Source: Gemmatimonadota bacterium
GTDB taxonomy: Bacteria; Gemmatimonadota; Gemmatimonadetes; Palauibacterales; Palauibacteraceae
DNA length: 64,000 bases
Reading direction: 5' to 3'
Assembly: GCA_036476995.1 (NCBI GenBank)
Contig: JAZGCO010000068.1
Span: 183-64,182, forward strand
Position numbers and translations under genes: made by a program. Below the pieces are notes generated by a model. The model was not told the origin of the DNA and did no database searches. It saw only the letters and a program-made list of their open reading frames with translations. Shown here in pieces: positions 1-11,901 of the stretch. Each line of letters opens with the position of its first letter. The first letter of the stretch is position 1.

Positions 1-415
1 CGGATTCCCAGCTCTTCTTCGGCAGCCCGCATTCCGCGCAGCGGCGCGTCAACCGTTTCAGGTAGCGGAAGTCCTGTTCGCGTATGAAGTATCGGAGAGT
101 AGCGGATTTCCATGTAGCGGACGTTCTCCGCCGCCGCATCTTCGCACAGCTCGTAGGCGATTCGTTCCAGAGCGTCGGCGTGCTGCATGACCGAGAGCGT
201 GACTTCGAACCGGGCCAGATAGTCCTCCAGATTCGTTGCGTCGCGGACGAGTAGATAGTCGGCGAGTTCGTTGATCCCCGAGCAGGGAAGCTCGACGCCA
301 TACGTGGTAGCTAAGTCCTGGATCGTGGCCGGACGAAGCGACCCGTCCAGGTGCACGTGAAGTTCTGTCTTGGGAATCACCCGAATGAGTTGGCGGAGCT
401 CGTCAGGCTGCATGC
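1..415 (-). CDS. add: adenosine deaminase (N-terminal part; gene continues beyond window start)
   Basis: Minus-strand ORF starting ATG at 415 (plus-strand ctgcat). Translation is MQPDELRQLIRVIPKTELHVHLDGSLRPATIQDLA..., carrying the metal-binding HVHLDGS signature of adenosine/AMP deaminase. Runs off the window edge. Confidence 0.7.
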
Positions 416-421
416 CGGCAC

Positions 422-2017
422 TCAATCCGCGGCGCCGGGCACGGCCAGCCACCGGGTGTCTGACGGCCCGGCCACCGGCTGAGACGCCGCCTCGACCCAA
501 GCGATTAGAGCGTCGAGATCCACCGTTCCCGTGACTTCGACGTTCTCAGCGTCTTCAAACATGGTGAAGCCACTGCCGCCACCGGCCATGAAATCGTTGA
601 CGGCTACAGTGTAGACGCCGCTGGCCACCACTTCGGCGCCACCGGCAAGAACGGCCGAAAGCAGCTGTGAGCCCGGCCGTGCGCCCGGATCGTAGCGGAC
701 GACGAGGCCGCTGATGTGGGCGGCAGGGCTGCCATCCTCGAGAGCGTGCTCGAGTGCGGCGAGGACGACTGTGCCGCTGACGGTGAGCCTCACGAGCACG
801 TTGCCGAAGGGCTGGATTCTGAACAGGTCTCCGAACGTCGGCTGGCCCGCGGCCAGTTCGGTTCGGATTCCGCCGTTGTTCATGATCGAGATCTGCGTCC
901 CGGCGGATCCTCTCTGGGCGTCCGCAATCAAGCGGCCTAGCGCATAACCAGTATCGGAGTCACGCACCTTGGGCAGAGTCGCCGCTATTTCGGCGGCGAT
1001 GGGTCGGTCTGAGATGCCGGCCACCTCTGACAGGTAGCCACCAACGGTTTCCGTGAGATCCGGATCCGGCGTCACCTCATCGGCATACGCGTCCACGACG
1101 TCTACAAGGCGGGCCGAGACTTCACCGCCGGCCGATCTCGCCAGTCGTCCGATTCCAAAGGCTGCCGTGCTGTGACGCGACTGAATGATGGGGACACCCC
1201 GCACCGATTGCTCGAGGTGGCTGTGTGTGTGGCCCGAGACGACGTAGTCCGGAAGCTCGGTCGCGGAAGCCATCTCCTCGAACACCTCGCCGTCGCAGCC
1301 TTCATCGCGGCCGCAGAACCCTCCCACGTGCATGATGGCAACGACGAAGTGGGCCCCTTGGGCGCGAAGCTCCGGAACATACTGGTTCAGCGTTTCGGAG
1401 ATGGAACGAAACTCCAGCTCCGAAACGTTCCATGGCCGCGTGGTAGTCGGCGTCGAGCGAGTAGCCAGTCCGACGACGCCGATGCGGATTCCTTGCCGCT
1501 CGACCACGGTGGTAGGACTCAGCCAAGCCGGGTGCAGTCCCGTAGCGCGCTCGTAGACATTGGCGCCCAGAATGGGGAAGTTAGCCTGCTCCATTCGCTG
1601 GCGAAGAACGATGATCCCCCAGTCGAACTCGTGATTACCGAGCGCTGCTGCGTCATATCCCAGCTCGTTGAAAGCCGCGATCGTCGAGGCTCCATCCAGA
1701 AGGTTCGACACCGGCGTTCCCTGCATGATGTCGCCGCCGCTGAACAGAAACACCGGACAGCTGGAGGTGTCCCGAATTGCGCCGAAATAGGCGCCAAGCA
1801 CCGCCGAACCTCCCGCTTTCCGGTCGCCGGTCCAGCGAAAGGTGCGGGGTTCGAGTTGTCCGTGCGTATCGTTTGTGGACAGAATGGTGGCGCACACCGG
1901 TCCCGACTCGGTCGCCTGCGGACTCGTGTCTGAGCCCGGAGATCCGCGGCCCCCGCAACCGGCCAGGGCGAGAACGAGGATCAGGGCGAAAACAGGGCGG
2001 GTTTTGTGCTTGAACAT
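422..2017 (-). CDS. bifunctional 5'-nucleotidase / metallophosphoesterase, lipoprotein (UshA-like)
   Basis: 531 aa. Lipobox LALAGCGG at the N-terminus. Calcineurin-like motifs NDTHGQLEP and GNHEFDWG, plus a C-terminal 5'-nucleotidase domain. Confidence 0.8.
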   Translation of the reverse strand: MFKHKTRPVFALILVLALAGCGGRGSPGSDTSPQATESGPVCATILSTNDTHGQLEPRTFRWTGDRKAGGSAVLGAYFGAIRDTSSCPVFLFSGGDIMQGTPVSNLLDGASTIAAFNELGYDAAALGNHEFDWGIIVLRQRMEQANFPILGANVYERATGLHPAWLSPTTVVERQGIRIGVVGLATRSTPTTTRPWNVSELEFRSISETLNQYVPELRAQGAHFVVAIMHVGGFCGRDEGCDGEVFEEMASATELPDYVVSGHTHSHLEQSVRGVPIIQSRHSTAAFGIGRLARSAGGEVSARLVDVVDAYADEVTPDPDLTETVGGYLSEVAGISDRPIAAEIAATLPKVRDSDTGYALGRLIADAQRGSAGTQISIMNNGGIRTELAAGQPTFGDLFRIQPFGNVLVRLTVSGTVVLAALEHALEDGSPAAHISGLVVRYDPGARPGSQLLSAVLAGGAEVVASGVYTVAVNDFMAGGGSGFTMFEDAENVEVTGTVDLDALIAWVEAASQPVAGPSDTRWLAVPGAAD

Positions 2018-2022
2018 CCCGG

Positions 2023-2028
2023 ATTATA
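2023..2028 (-). promoter_or_regulatory. possible -10 box (TATAAT on minus strand) 5 nt upstream of the 5'-nucleotidase ATG; possible leaderless start
   Basis: Plus-strand attata at 2023-2028 is TATAAT on the coding strand; the ATG is at 2017-2015. No convincing -35. Confidence 0.25.
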
Positions 2029-2065
2029 GGGCTGGCAGCTGGACGAAGCCACCGGCGGTGCGCCT

Positions 2066-4771
2066 CTAGAACGCGGCCCCAGCCGTCTGTATCGGATCGC
2101 TCCCCGTCGGCGGATCTGGTGCATCCTCCGCTTCCGCTTTGGTCCGCTCACCCTCCGGCCCGGCGAGCGCGGCGTGAGCGGCGGCCAGGCGAGCTACCGG
2201 CACGCGAAAAGGAGAACAGGACACGTAGTCCAGGCCCAGCCAGTGGCAGTATTCCACCGAGTCAGGGTCTCCCCCGTGCTCCCCGCAGATTCCGATCTTG
2301 AGAGACTCCTTTCGAGCCTTGCCTTCCGCCACGGCGATCCGCATCAGGCGTCCGACTCCCGCGCGATCGATCGTCTGGAACGGATCTGCCTCGTACACGC
2401 CGTTTTCGACGTACAGCGACAAGAACGACCCCGCGTCGTCGCGTGAGAGGCCGAAGGCGGTTTGGGTGAGATCATTGGTTCCGAACGAGAAGAAATCGGC
2501 GCACTCCGCGATCTCGCCCGCCGTCAGGCAGGCTCGGGGGAGTTCGATCATCGTGCCAACCAGGTATGACACCCGTTGGCTGGAGGCGGCGAACACCTCG
2601 GCCGCCACCCGATGGACGACTTCAGCCTGCTGTGCCAGTTCGGCCGCGGTAGATACAAGAGGCACCATGACTTCGGGAAGGACCGTCACCCCGTCCTCCT
2701 GGACGGCTACGGCCGCTTCGAAGATGGCCCTCGCCTGCATTGCCGTAATTTCCGGCAAGGAATAGCCCAGCCGGCAGCCCCGGTGGCCCAGCATCGGATT
2801 GGCCTCCTCCAACGTACTCACCCGCTGATCAACATCGTCCCGCGAAATATCCAGCACCCGAGCCATGCGCTCGAGTTCTTCGACCTCGTCGGGCAGGAAC
2901 TCATGCAAGGGAGGGTCGAGAAGCCGAATGGTGACGGGCAGGCCGTCCATGGCCCGGAAAATCCCCTCGAAATCACCCCGCTGCATCGGGAGCAGCCTGT
3001 CGAGCGCCCGGCTCCGAGACTCATCATCTCGGGCCATGATCATCATTCGGACCGCATCGATCCGCTCTTCTCCAGCGAACATATGCTCCGTTCGGCACAG
3101 ACCGATCCCCGCCGCACCAAATTGGCGGCCCCGAAGCGCGTCTTCCGGCGTATCCGCGTTGGCGCGTACGCCAAGGACCCTGAACTCGTCGGCCCAATCC
3201 ATGAGAGTGTCGAAGTATTCGCCAGGCTCGTACTTAACGGTCGGTACTATTCCCGCGATGACTTCGCCGGACGCACCGTCTACGGTCAAGGCATCACCGC
3301 GGCGCAGGACGTTTCCGTTACACCGGATCTCGCCGGCCTTCTCATCGATTGACAGGTCGCGCGTCCCGACCACACAGCACTTACCCATTCCGCGCGCGAC
3401 GACGGCCGCGTGACTCGTCTTGCCTCCCCGCGTCGTCACGATAGCCTGTGCCGCGACCATACCCTCGAAATCGTCCGGTGATGTCTCGCGGCGCACGAGA
3501 ATGACGGCCTCTCCGTCCGCGGCCGCCGAGATCGCTTCGTCGGACGTGAGGACCAGCCGTCCACTGGCTGCGCCGGGCGAAGCCGGTATGCCTACAGCTA
3601 TTGGCTCGTACTCAGCCTCCGGGTCCACGGCCGAGTGCAGAACCTGCTCGATTCTCTGCGGAGCAACCCTCAGGACTGCCGTCCGGCGGTCGATCAGCCC
3701 TTCGCCTGCCAAGTCCACCGCGATTCGGACCGCGGCCTGCGCCGTGCGCTTTCCGGTCCGGGTCTGGAGCAGAAACAACCTGCCGTCCTCCACCGTGAAC
3801 TCCAGATCCTGCATGTCTCCGTAATGCTTCTCAAGTCGGGTAGCGGTTTCCACCAGTTGCTCATAGGCCTGCGGCAAGTGGTCCTGCATCTGGTCGATAG
3901 AGAGCGGATCCCGGATTCCGGCCACCACGTCCTCGCCCTGGGCGTTGACCAGGAACTCGCCGAACAAAACCGGCTCGCCAGTTGAGGCGTTCCGGGTGAA
4001 CGCGACGCCCGTTCCACTTCCCGCTCCCCTGTTTCCGAACACCATGGCCTGCACCGTAACCCCGGTGCCCAGATCGTGTGGGATGCCGTATTCCTTCCGG
4101 TACGCGCGGGCGCGCGGGTTTCGCCAACTACGGAACACGGCCTCGATGGCTCCCCACAGCTGTGCGACGGGGTCGTCCGGGAACGGAGCGCTTCCCTTCT
4201 GGGTGACCAGGTCACGGTAGCGCCGAATGATCTGGCGCAGATGTACGACCCCAAGTTCATGATCCTCATCGGCTCCGGCCTGCAACTTCTCCTCGGACAG
4301 GATGGCCTCGAAGTCCGAATGGGAGACACCCAGCACTACCTTGCCGTACATCTGGACGAAGCGGCGATAGCTGTCGTAGGCGAAGCGTTCATCCGCGGAC
4401 GCTCGGGCCAGGCCCTCGACCGTATGATCGTTCAGACCCACGTTGAGGATTGTGTCCATCATTCCGGGCATCGAGATCGCGGCGCCGGAGCGGACGGAAA
4501 CCAGAAGGGGATCGTCGGGGCTTCCGAATGACCTGCCCGTCAGCGCTTCCACCTGCCGCAGAGCGCCCACGACATCATCGTGCAGTCCGTCGGGAAGCTC
4601 CGAGCTGATCAGGTGGTGCCGGCAAACATCCGTGGTGAGCGTAAAGCCAGGTGGCACTGGCACGCCCAGACGTGTCATCTCGGCGATGTTGGACCCCTTG
4701 CCGCCGAGAAGATCAGTGAGGCCCCGGTGGCCATCAGCGTGGCCATCTCCAAAGGAATACACCTGTTTCAT
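2066..4771 (-). CDS. ppdK: pyruvate, phosphate dikinase
   Basis: N-terminus MKQVYSFGDGHADGHRGLTDLLGGKGSNIAEM is the typical PPDK start. PEP-utilising His domain and C-terminal TIM barrel follow. Start placed at the internal MKQ (4771) rather than ORF start 4870, which would overlap purF. Confidence 0.9.
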   Translation of the reverse strand: MKQVYSFGDGHADGHRGLTDLLGGKGSNIAEMTRLGVPVPPGFTLTTDVCRHHLISSELPDGLHDDVVGALRQVEALTGRSFGSPDDPLLVSVRSGAAISMPGMMDTILNVGLNDHTVEGLARASADERFAYDSYRRFVQMYGKVVLGVSHSDFEAILSEEKLQAGADEDHELGVVHLRQIIRRYRDLVTQKGSAPFPDDPVAQLWGAIEAVFRSWRNPRARAYRKEYGIPHDLGTGVTVQAMVFGNRGAGSGTGVAFTRNASTGEPVLFGEFLVNAQGEDVVAGIRDPLSIDQMQDHLPQAYEQLVETATRLEKHYGDMQDLEFTVEDGRLFLLQTRTGKRTAQAAVRIAVDLAGEGLIDRRTAVLRVAPQRIEQVLHSAVDPEAEYEPIAVGIPASPGAASGRLVLTSDEAISAAADGEAVILVRRETSPDDFEGMVAAQAIVTTRGGKTSHAAVVARGMGKCCVVGTRDLSIDEKAGEIRCNGNVLRRGDALTVDGASGEVIAGIVPTVKYEPGEYFDTLMDWADEFRVLGVRANADTPEDALRGRQFGAAGIGLCRTEHMFAGEERIDAVRMMIMARDDESRSRALDRLLPMQRGDFEGIFRAMDGLPVTIRLLDPPLHEFLPDEVEELERMARVLDISRDDVDQRVSTLEEANPMLGHRGCRLGYSLPEITAMQARAIFEAAVAVQEDGVTVLPEVMVPLVSTAAELAQQAEVVHRVAAEVFAASSQRVSYLVGTMIELPRACLTAGEIAECADFFSFGTNDLTQTAFGLSRDDAGSFLSLYVENGVYEADPFQTIDRAGVGRLMRIAVAEGKARKESLKIGICGEHGGDPDSVEYCHWLGLDYVSCSPFRVPVARLAAAHAALAGPEGERTKAEAEDAPDPPTGSDPIQTAGAAF

Positions 4772-4794
4772 GCTGACTCTTTTCGCGAGGGTGC

Positions 4795-6236
4795 CTAGCG
4801 CGAAACCTCGTGCAGCGGAACCCCATGCTGAAGGTCCACCAGCGGGGCGGGGTAGTTGCCGGTCCAACACGCGTCGCAGAAGGGACCATGCTTCTCGACC
4901 CGAGACAGCATGCCTTCCAGGGACAGATATCCTAGCGAGTCAACCCCCAGGTGCTGGCGGATCTCCTCCACGCTGTGGCGGCTTCCGATGAGCTCGTCCC
5001 GCGTCGGCATATCAATGCCGTAGTAGCAGGGCGAAACGATGGGCGGAGAGGCCACCCGGAGGTGGATCTCACGCGCCCCGGCGTCTCGCAAGAGCTGGAC
5101 CAATCCTCGGCTTGTCGTGCCGCGCACGAGAGAGTCATCTACTACGATAACCCTACTGTTCTTAATCACTTCCTTTACTGGGTTATACTTAATTCTAACC
5201 TTAAAGTCGCGGTCGGCCTGCGTCGGGTGAATGAAGGTCCGCCCGACGTAGTGGTTTCTGATCAGAGCCAGCTCAAACGGGACGCCTGATTCCTCACTAT
5301 ACCCGAGCGCCGCCGAGTTGGATGAGTCCGGTACCGAGAACACGCAGTCGGCCTCGACCGGGTGTTCCTGCGCGAGGCGCCGCCCGAATTCCCGCCGTGC
5401 TCTATCGACGCTGCAGCCCCAGAGGCGCGAGTCGGGGCGGGCAAAGTAGACGAGCTCAAACAGGCACGGCGACGGCACCGCCGGTTCGAGCGGACGAAGC
5501 GACTCGATTTGACCGTTCTCGATGCGCAAAACCTCGCCGGGTTCTATGTCGCGCACGTACTCCGCGCCCACGAGGTCCAGTGCGCACGTCTCGGAGGCCA
5601 CGATGGCTGCATCGCCAAGCCGTCCGAGTACGAGCGGGCGGAATCCGCGGGAGTCGCGCGCGGCGTACAAGACATTGCCCACGCTGAGGACCAGCGAGAA
5701 GGCGCCGGCGACCTGCGACAACGCGTCGTCTACCTGTTGGTCCGGAGAGTGCCGGCGGGAGCGGGCGATGAGATGGATGATGACCTCAGAATCACTGTCC
5801 GTCTGGAAGATGGCGCCCTCGGCCGAGAGCCGGGTCCGGAGCTCGCCCGCGTTCGTCAGGTTACCGTTGTGGGCCAGAGCCAGCGGACCGTTCCGATAGT
5901 TGACCATCACCGGCTGAGCGTTACGAAGCGACGATGATCCTGCCGTGGAGTATCGCACATGCCCGATGGAGGTGGTTCCGACCAGGCTTCCGAGCTCGTC
6001 GTCGCTGAAGGCATCGTTCACGAGGCCCATTCCCCGCTCAACTCGGGCCCGACCTTTCTCGTCGATCGCCACGATCCCAGCGGACTCCTGACCACGATGC
6101 TGCAGCGCGTACAGGCTGAGAAACGCCAGCTCGGCCGCGCCCATAGCGCCGCTCACGCCCACCACTCCGCACTCATCGCGGAGGCGGTCGTCGTCGCGCC
6201 ATGTGGGCAGTCGCCGTCGGATTAGTGGCCCGCCGT

Positions 6237-6240
<4 letters not shown>
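4795..6240 (-). CDS. purF: amidophosphoribosyltransferase (27-aa N-terminal propeptide before the catalytic Cys)
   Basis: ...[35 protein letters not shown] is the class-II glutamine amidotransferase N-terminus. PRPP-binding loop [17 protein letters not shown] start overlaps the purL stop (GTGA). Confidence 0.88.
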
Positions 6241-8569
<2,329 letters not shown>

Positions 8570-8573
<4 letters not shown>

Positions 8574-9280
8574 GAGGCCACCCCTTCGAGCGACGCCAGC
8601 GCAGCCACAGCCGACTGGAAAACACCGAGCCCATCCGCGGAGCCGAGCAACTGGCTGATCGCCCTTTCCGGGTGCGGCATGAGGCCGACGACGTTCCGTT
8701 TCGCGCTGCACACCCCGGCGATACCGCGCAGCGACCCGTTTGGATTCGAATCCGTGGTAGTCTCACCGGCCCGATCCACGTAGCGAAAGATCACCCGGCT
8801 ATCCCTCTCCAGCTCGTCGATCGTGTCCGCGTCAGCTACGTACTGTCCCTCGCCGTGAGCGATCGGAAGGCACAGGATCTGTCGCTCGCCGTACTCGCCA
8901 GTGAACGGCGTCACCGTGCTCTCGACGCGCAGATATACCGAGTGGCAGCGAAAACGGAGTCCGCGATTGCGGATCAGGGCCCCGGGGAGAAGGTGCGCTT
9001 CGCACAGGATCTGAAATCCGTTGCAGATCCCGAGCACCGGACCGCCCGCGGCCGCGAAGGCACGTACCGCTTTCATGATGGGGCTGAACCGAGCTATGGC
9101 TCCCGCGCGCAGGTGATCGCCGTAGGAGAACCCGCCCGGAAGAAGCACTATATCCGCTCCCAGGAGCGATTCTTCCTTGTGCCACAGGATGACCGGTACC
9201 TCTCCGAGGCCCGACCGAACGGCACGCTCGCAGTCGAAATCGCAGTTCGAGCCGGGGAAGCGGACGATGCCGAATCTCAT
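8570..9280 (-). CDS. purQ: phosphoribosylformylglycinamidine synthase glutaminase subunit PurQ
   Basis: [20 protein letters not shown]...GICNGFQIL is a class-I amidotransferase with the catalytic Cys in GICNGFQ. ATGA overlap with the purS stop. Confidence 0.9.
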
Positions 9281-9531
9281 CCGGCGACCAGCGGCGGGTT
9301 CGAAACTTCTGAGACGTGGAACTCGAAGTCCTCGATTACCGGGTTCGCGAGCAGACGTTCACATGCTTCGCGGACTAACTGCTCGCAGTTCGTCAGGTCG
9401 GCAGCTTCTATTCTCAGTCCGATCGTCCGGCCGACTCGAACGCCCTCTATCCCCGCATACCCCAGATCTCTGAGTGCTCGCTCGATCGTCTGGCCTTCGG
9501 GATTGAGAATGCCCGGCCTAGGCCTGATCAT
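9277..9531 (-). CDS. purS: phosphoribosylformylglycinamidine synthase subunit PurS (true start probably a non-ATG codon a few codons upstream, near 9555)
   Basis: [45 protein letters not shown]... is the PurS fold. The purC stop and a GGAGG sit immediately upstream at 9560-9566. Confidence 0.75.
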   Translation of the reverse strand: MIRPRPGILNPEGQTIERALRDLGYAGIEGVRVGRTIGLRIEAADLTNCEQLVREACERLLANPVIEDFEFHVSEVSNPPLVAG

Positions 9532-9563
9532 GACCTCAACATCGAACGTGGCGATCGTTCCTC

Positions 9564-10466
9564 CTAGGCAAAGTGGGGTAGCTCTCGTCCCGTGATCAGG
9601 TGGAATGCTTCTCGGTACCTGCTGACAGTCGAATCGATTACGGTGTCCGGAAGGTCCGGTGCGGGCTCCGTACGATCCCACTCGCCGGCACCTACCAGTC
9701 CTTCCAGATAGTCCCGAACGGGCTGTTTATCCAGGGAGGGAGGGCTGCTGCCCGGTTGCCAGTCGTCCGCAAACCAAAAGCGCGATGAGTCGGGGGTGAG
9801 CACCTCGTCGATCAAAAGTAGCTCGCCCGTCGGCGCCGTGCCGAACTCGAATTTCGTGTCCGCCAAAATCAGTCCAACGGCCTGCATTCGGGCCGCCGAA
9901 GCCTCGTACAGCTCGAGGCTCTCTTGCTTGAGATGCTCAGCGACCTGCATCCCGAGCAGCCTTCGCATCTCATCGAACGTGATGTTCTTGTCGTGGCCCT
10001 CATCGGCTTTGGTAGCCGGCGAGAAGAGCGGCTCCGGCAGCGCGTCGGCCTCCGAGAGCCCCGGCGCGAGAGGTTCTCCGGCGAGCGTTCCGCTCCGGCT
10101 GTACTCCTTCCAGGCTGATCCGGCCATGTAGCCGCGGACCACGCACTCAACCGGAAACACCTCCGCACGCCGCACCAGCATTCCCCGGCCAGCCCATTGG
10201 CTTCGGGTTGACCCCAGTTCCGGCTTGCGCTCCTCGATCTCATCGGGGTCGGCGGAGATGCAGTGGTTTCGAACCAGCGACCCTGTCAGGTCGAACCAAA
10301 ACGCGGACATCTGCGTCAGGACGGTCCCTTTGTCTGGAATCGGCTGGGGCAGGACGCAGTCGAAGGCGCTGATCCGGTCGCTGGCTACGAGCAGGAGGCT
10401 GTCACCTAGATCGTACATCTCCCGGACCTTGCCCCTCTTTAGAAGGGGAAACGGAAGCGTACTCAC
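9564..10466 (-). CDS. purC: phosphoribosylaminoimidazole-succinocarboxamide synthase
   Basis: LLKRGKVREMYDLGDSLLLVASDRISAFD is the SAICAR synthetase signature. GTG start overlaps the purB stop. Confidence 0.9.
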   Translation of the reverse strand: MSTLPFPLLKRGKVREMYDLGDSLLLVASDRISAFDCVLPQPIPDKGTVLTQMSAFWFDLTGSLVRNHCISADPDEIEERKPELGSTRSQWAGRGMLVRRAEVFPVECVVRGYMAGSAWKEYSRSGTLAGEPLAPGLSEADALPEPLFSPATKADEGHDKNITFDEMRRLLGMQVAEHLKQESLELYEASAARMQAVGLILADTKFEFGTAPTGELLLIDEVLTPDSSRFWFADDWQPGSSPPSLDKQPVRDYLEGLVGAGEWDRTEPAPDLPDTVIDSTVSRYREAFHLITGRELPHFA

Positions 10467-11899
10467 ACCCGCACGTCCACCATTGGTCGGTCATTCCCCA
10501 TCGCCTCGCGCAACGGGGAGAGCACCTCAGACATGAACGCACGGACCTGCTCCGGGGCGCGGCCGACCAGATCGTGAGGCTGTGCAAGAGCAACCAGATC
10601 GGCGACGTCCAGCGGGATGGCCGGATCCGATTCAACCCGGGAGAAGAAATCATTCGTCTCCGCGCCCTCGTCGAGGTTCTGGCGCGCGTCCATGGCGTGC
10701 CGCCTGATCCGCTCGTGGAGATCTTGCCGGTCGCCACCTTTGCCGACGCCGACGATCAGCATCTGCTCAACGACGAGGAAGGGCAGGGACTTCTCCAGCC
10801 GGGCGTTGATGACAGGCTCATGTACTACCAGGCCGTCCGCCACGTTATGAACAAGCTGCAGCACCGCGTCGGCTGCCATGAAGGCATCGGGAATGGCTAT
10901 CCGGCGGTTGGCGGAATCATCCAGGGTGCGCTCGAGCCCCTGAACGGAGGCGGTCCAGGCCGCGTCCAGCTCCAGCGTGCACAGGTGACGCGACAACGCG
11001 CACACCCGCTCTGAGCGCATCGGATTTCGTTTGTAAGGCATCGCCGAGGAGCCCACCTGAGAGCTTTCGAACGGCTCCTCGATCTCACCAAAGCTCTGAA
11101 GAATCCGTATGTCGCCGGCGAACCGGGCGGCGCTGGCGCCGATCCCGGCCAGGCAGCTGAGCGCCCGGTGGTCCACTTTCCGGGGATAGGTCTGTCCCAC
11201 GACCGGGTACACGGCCGAGAAGCCGAACCGCTCCGCCAGCGTCCGGTTCAGGTCGTCGACCCGTCCCGAGTCGCCCCCGAACAACGCGACGAAGCTGGCC
11301 TCCGTCCCTGTCGTCCCCCGGGCTCCGCGAAACCTCAGGTCTTGAAGGTTGGACTGTACGTCTCTCCGGTCGAAGACGAAGTCCTGAGCCCACAGAGTCG
11401 CTCGTTTTCCTACGGTGGTCGGCTGGGCGGGCTGCCAGTGTGTGTACCCGAGCGTGGGCAGGTCCGCCCACCGCTCCGCGAAGCGGCCCAGCACCCGCAG
11501 CGCCGCATCAACGCGCGACAGAATGAGGCGTAGACCGGCCTGGAGCTGGAGGAGGCCCGCGTTATCGGTTACGTAGCAACTTGTGGCGCCCAGGTGAATG
11601 TAGGGGCCTGCCTCGGGCGCTACTTCGGCGAAATGGCGCACGTGCGCCATAACGTCGTGACGCAGCTCCGCTTCGAGCACGGCCACACGCTTCAGGTCCA
11701 CCGTCTCGCGGGCCGAACGCATCGCTTCTATGGCCGACGCGGGTATGTCCGCGCCGTGGCTCCGCGCCTCTTCGGCCAGGCCGATCCACAGATCGCGCCA
11801 CATGAGGGCCTGCGCGCGGGGAGAGAAAATATCGGCCATTTCCGCTGAGGCGTATCGCTCGATCAGCGGGTGGGAATATCCGGTTTCGTGGTGCGCCAA
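10463..11899 (-). CDS. purB: adenylosuccinate lyase
   Basis: 478 aa. MAHHETGYSHPLIERYASAEMADIFSP... shows fumarase/lyase class II family similarity. Confidence 0.9.
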   Translation of the reverse strand: MAHHETGYSHPLIERYASAEMADIFSPRAQALMWRDLWIGLAEEARSHGADIPASAIEAMRSARETVDLKRVAVLEAELRHDVMAHVRHFAEVAPEAGPYIHLGATSCYVTDNAGLLQLQAGLRLILSRVDAALRVLGRFAERWADLPTLGYTHWQPAQPTTVGKRATLWAQDFVFDRRDVQSNLQDLRFRGARGTTGTEASFVALFGGDSGRVDDLNRTLAERFGFSAVYPVVGQTYPRKVDHRALSCLAGIGASAARFAGDIRILQSFGEIEEPFESSQVGSSAMPYKRNPMRSERVCALSRHLCTLELDAAWTASVQGLERTLDDSANRRIAIPDAFMAADAVLQLVHNVADGLVVHEPVINARLEKSLPFLVVEQMLIVGVGKGGDRQDLHERIRRHAMDARQNLDEGAETNDFFSRVESDPAIPLDVADLVALAQPHDLVGRAPEQVRAFMSEVLSPLREAMGNDRPMVDVRV

Positions 11900-11901
11900 G
11901 A

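Noticed and set aside
2041-2056. CACCG-C-CGGTG palindrome after the ppdK stop as a terminator
   Set aside because: A 1-nt loop is sterically impossible and the stem is too short once a 3-4 nt loop is allowed. No U-tract.
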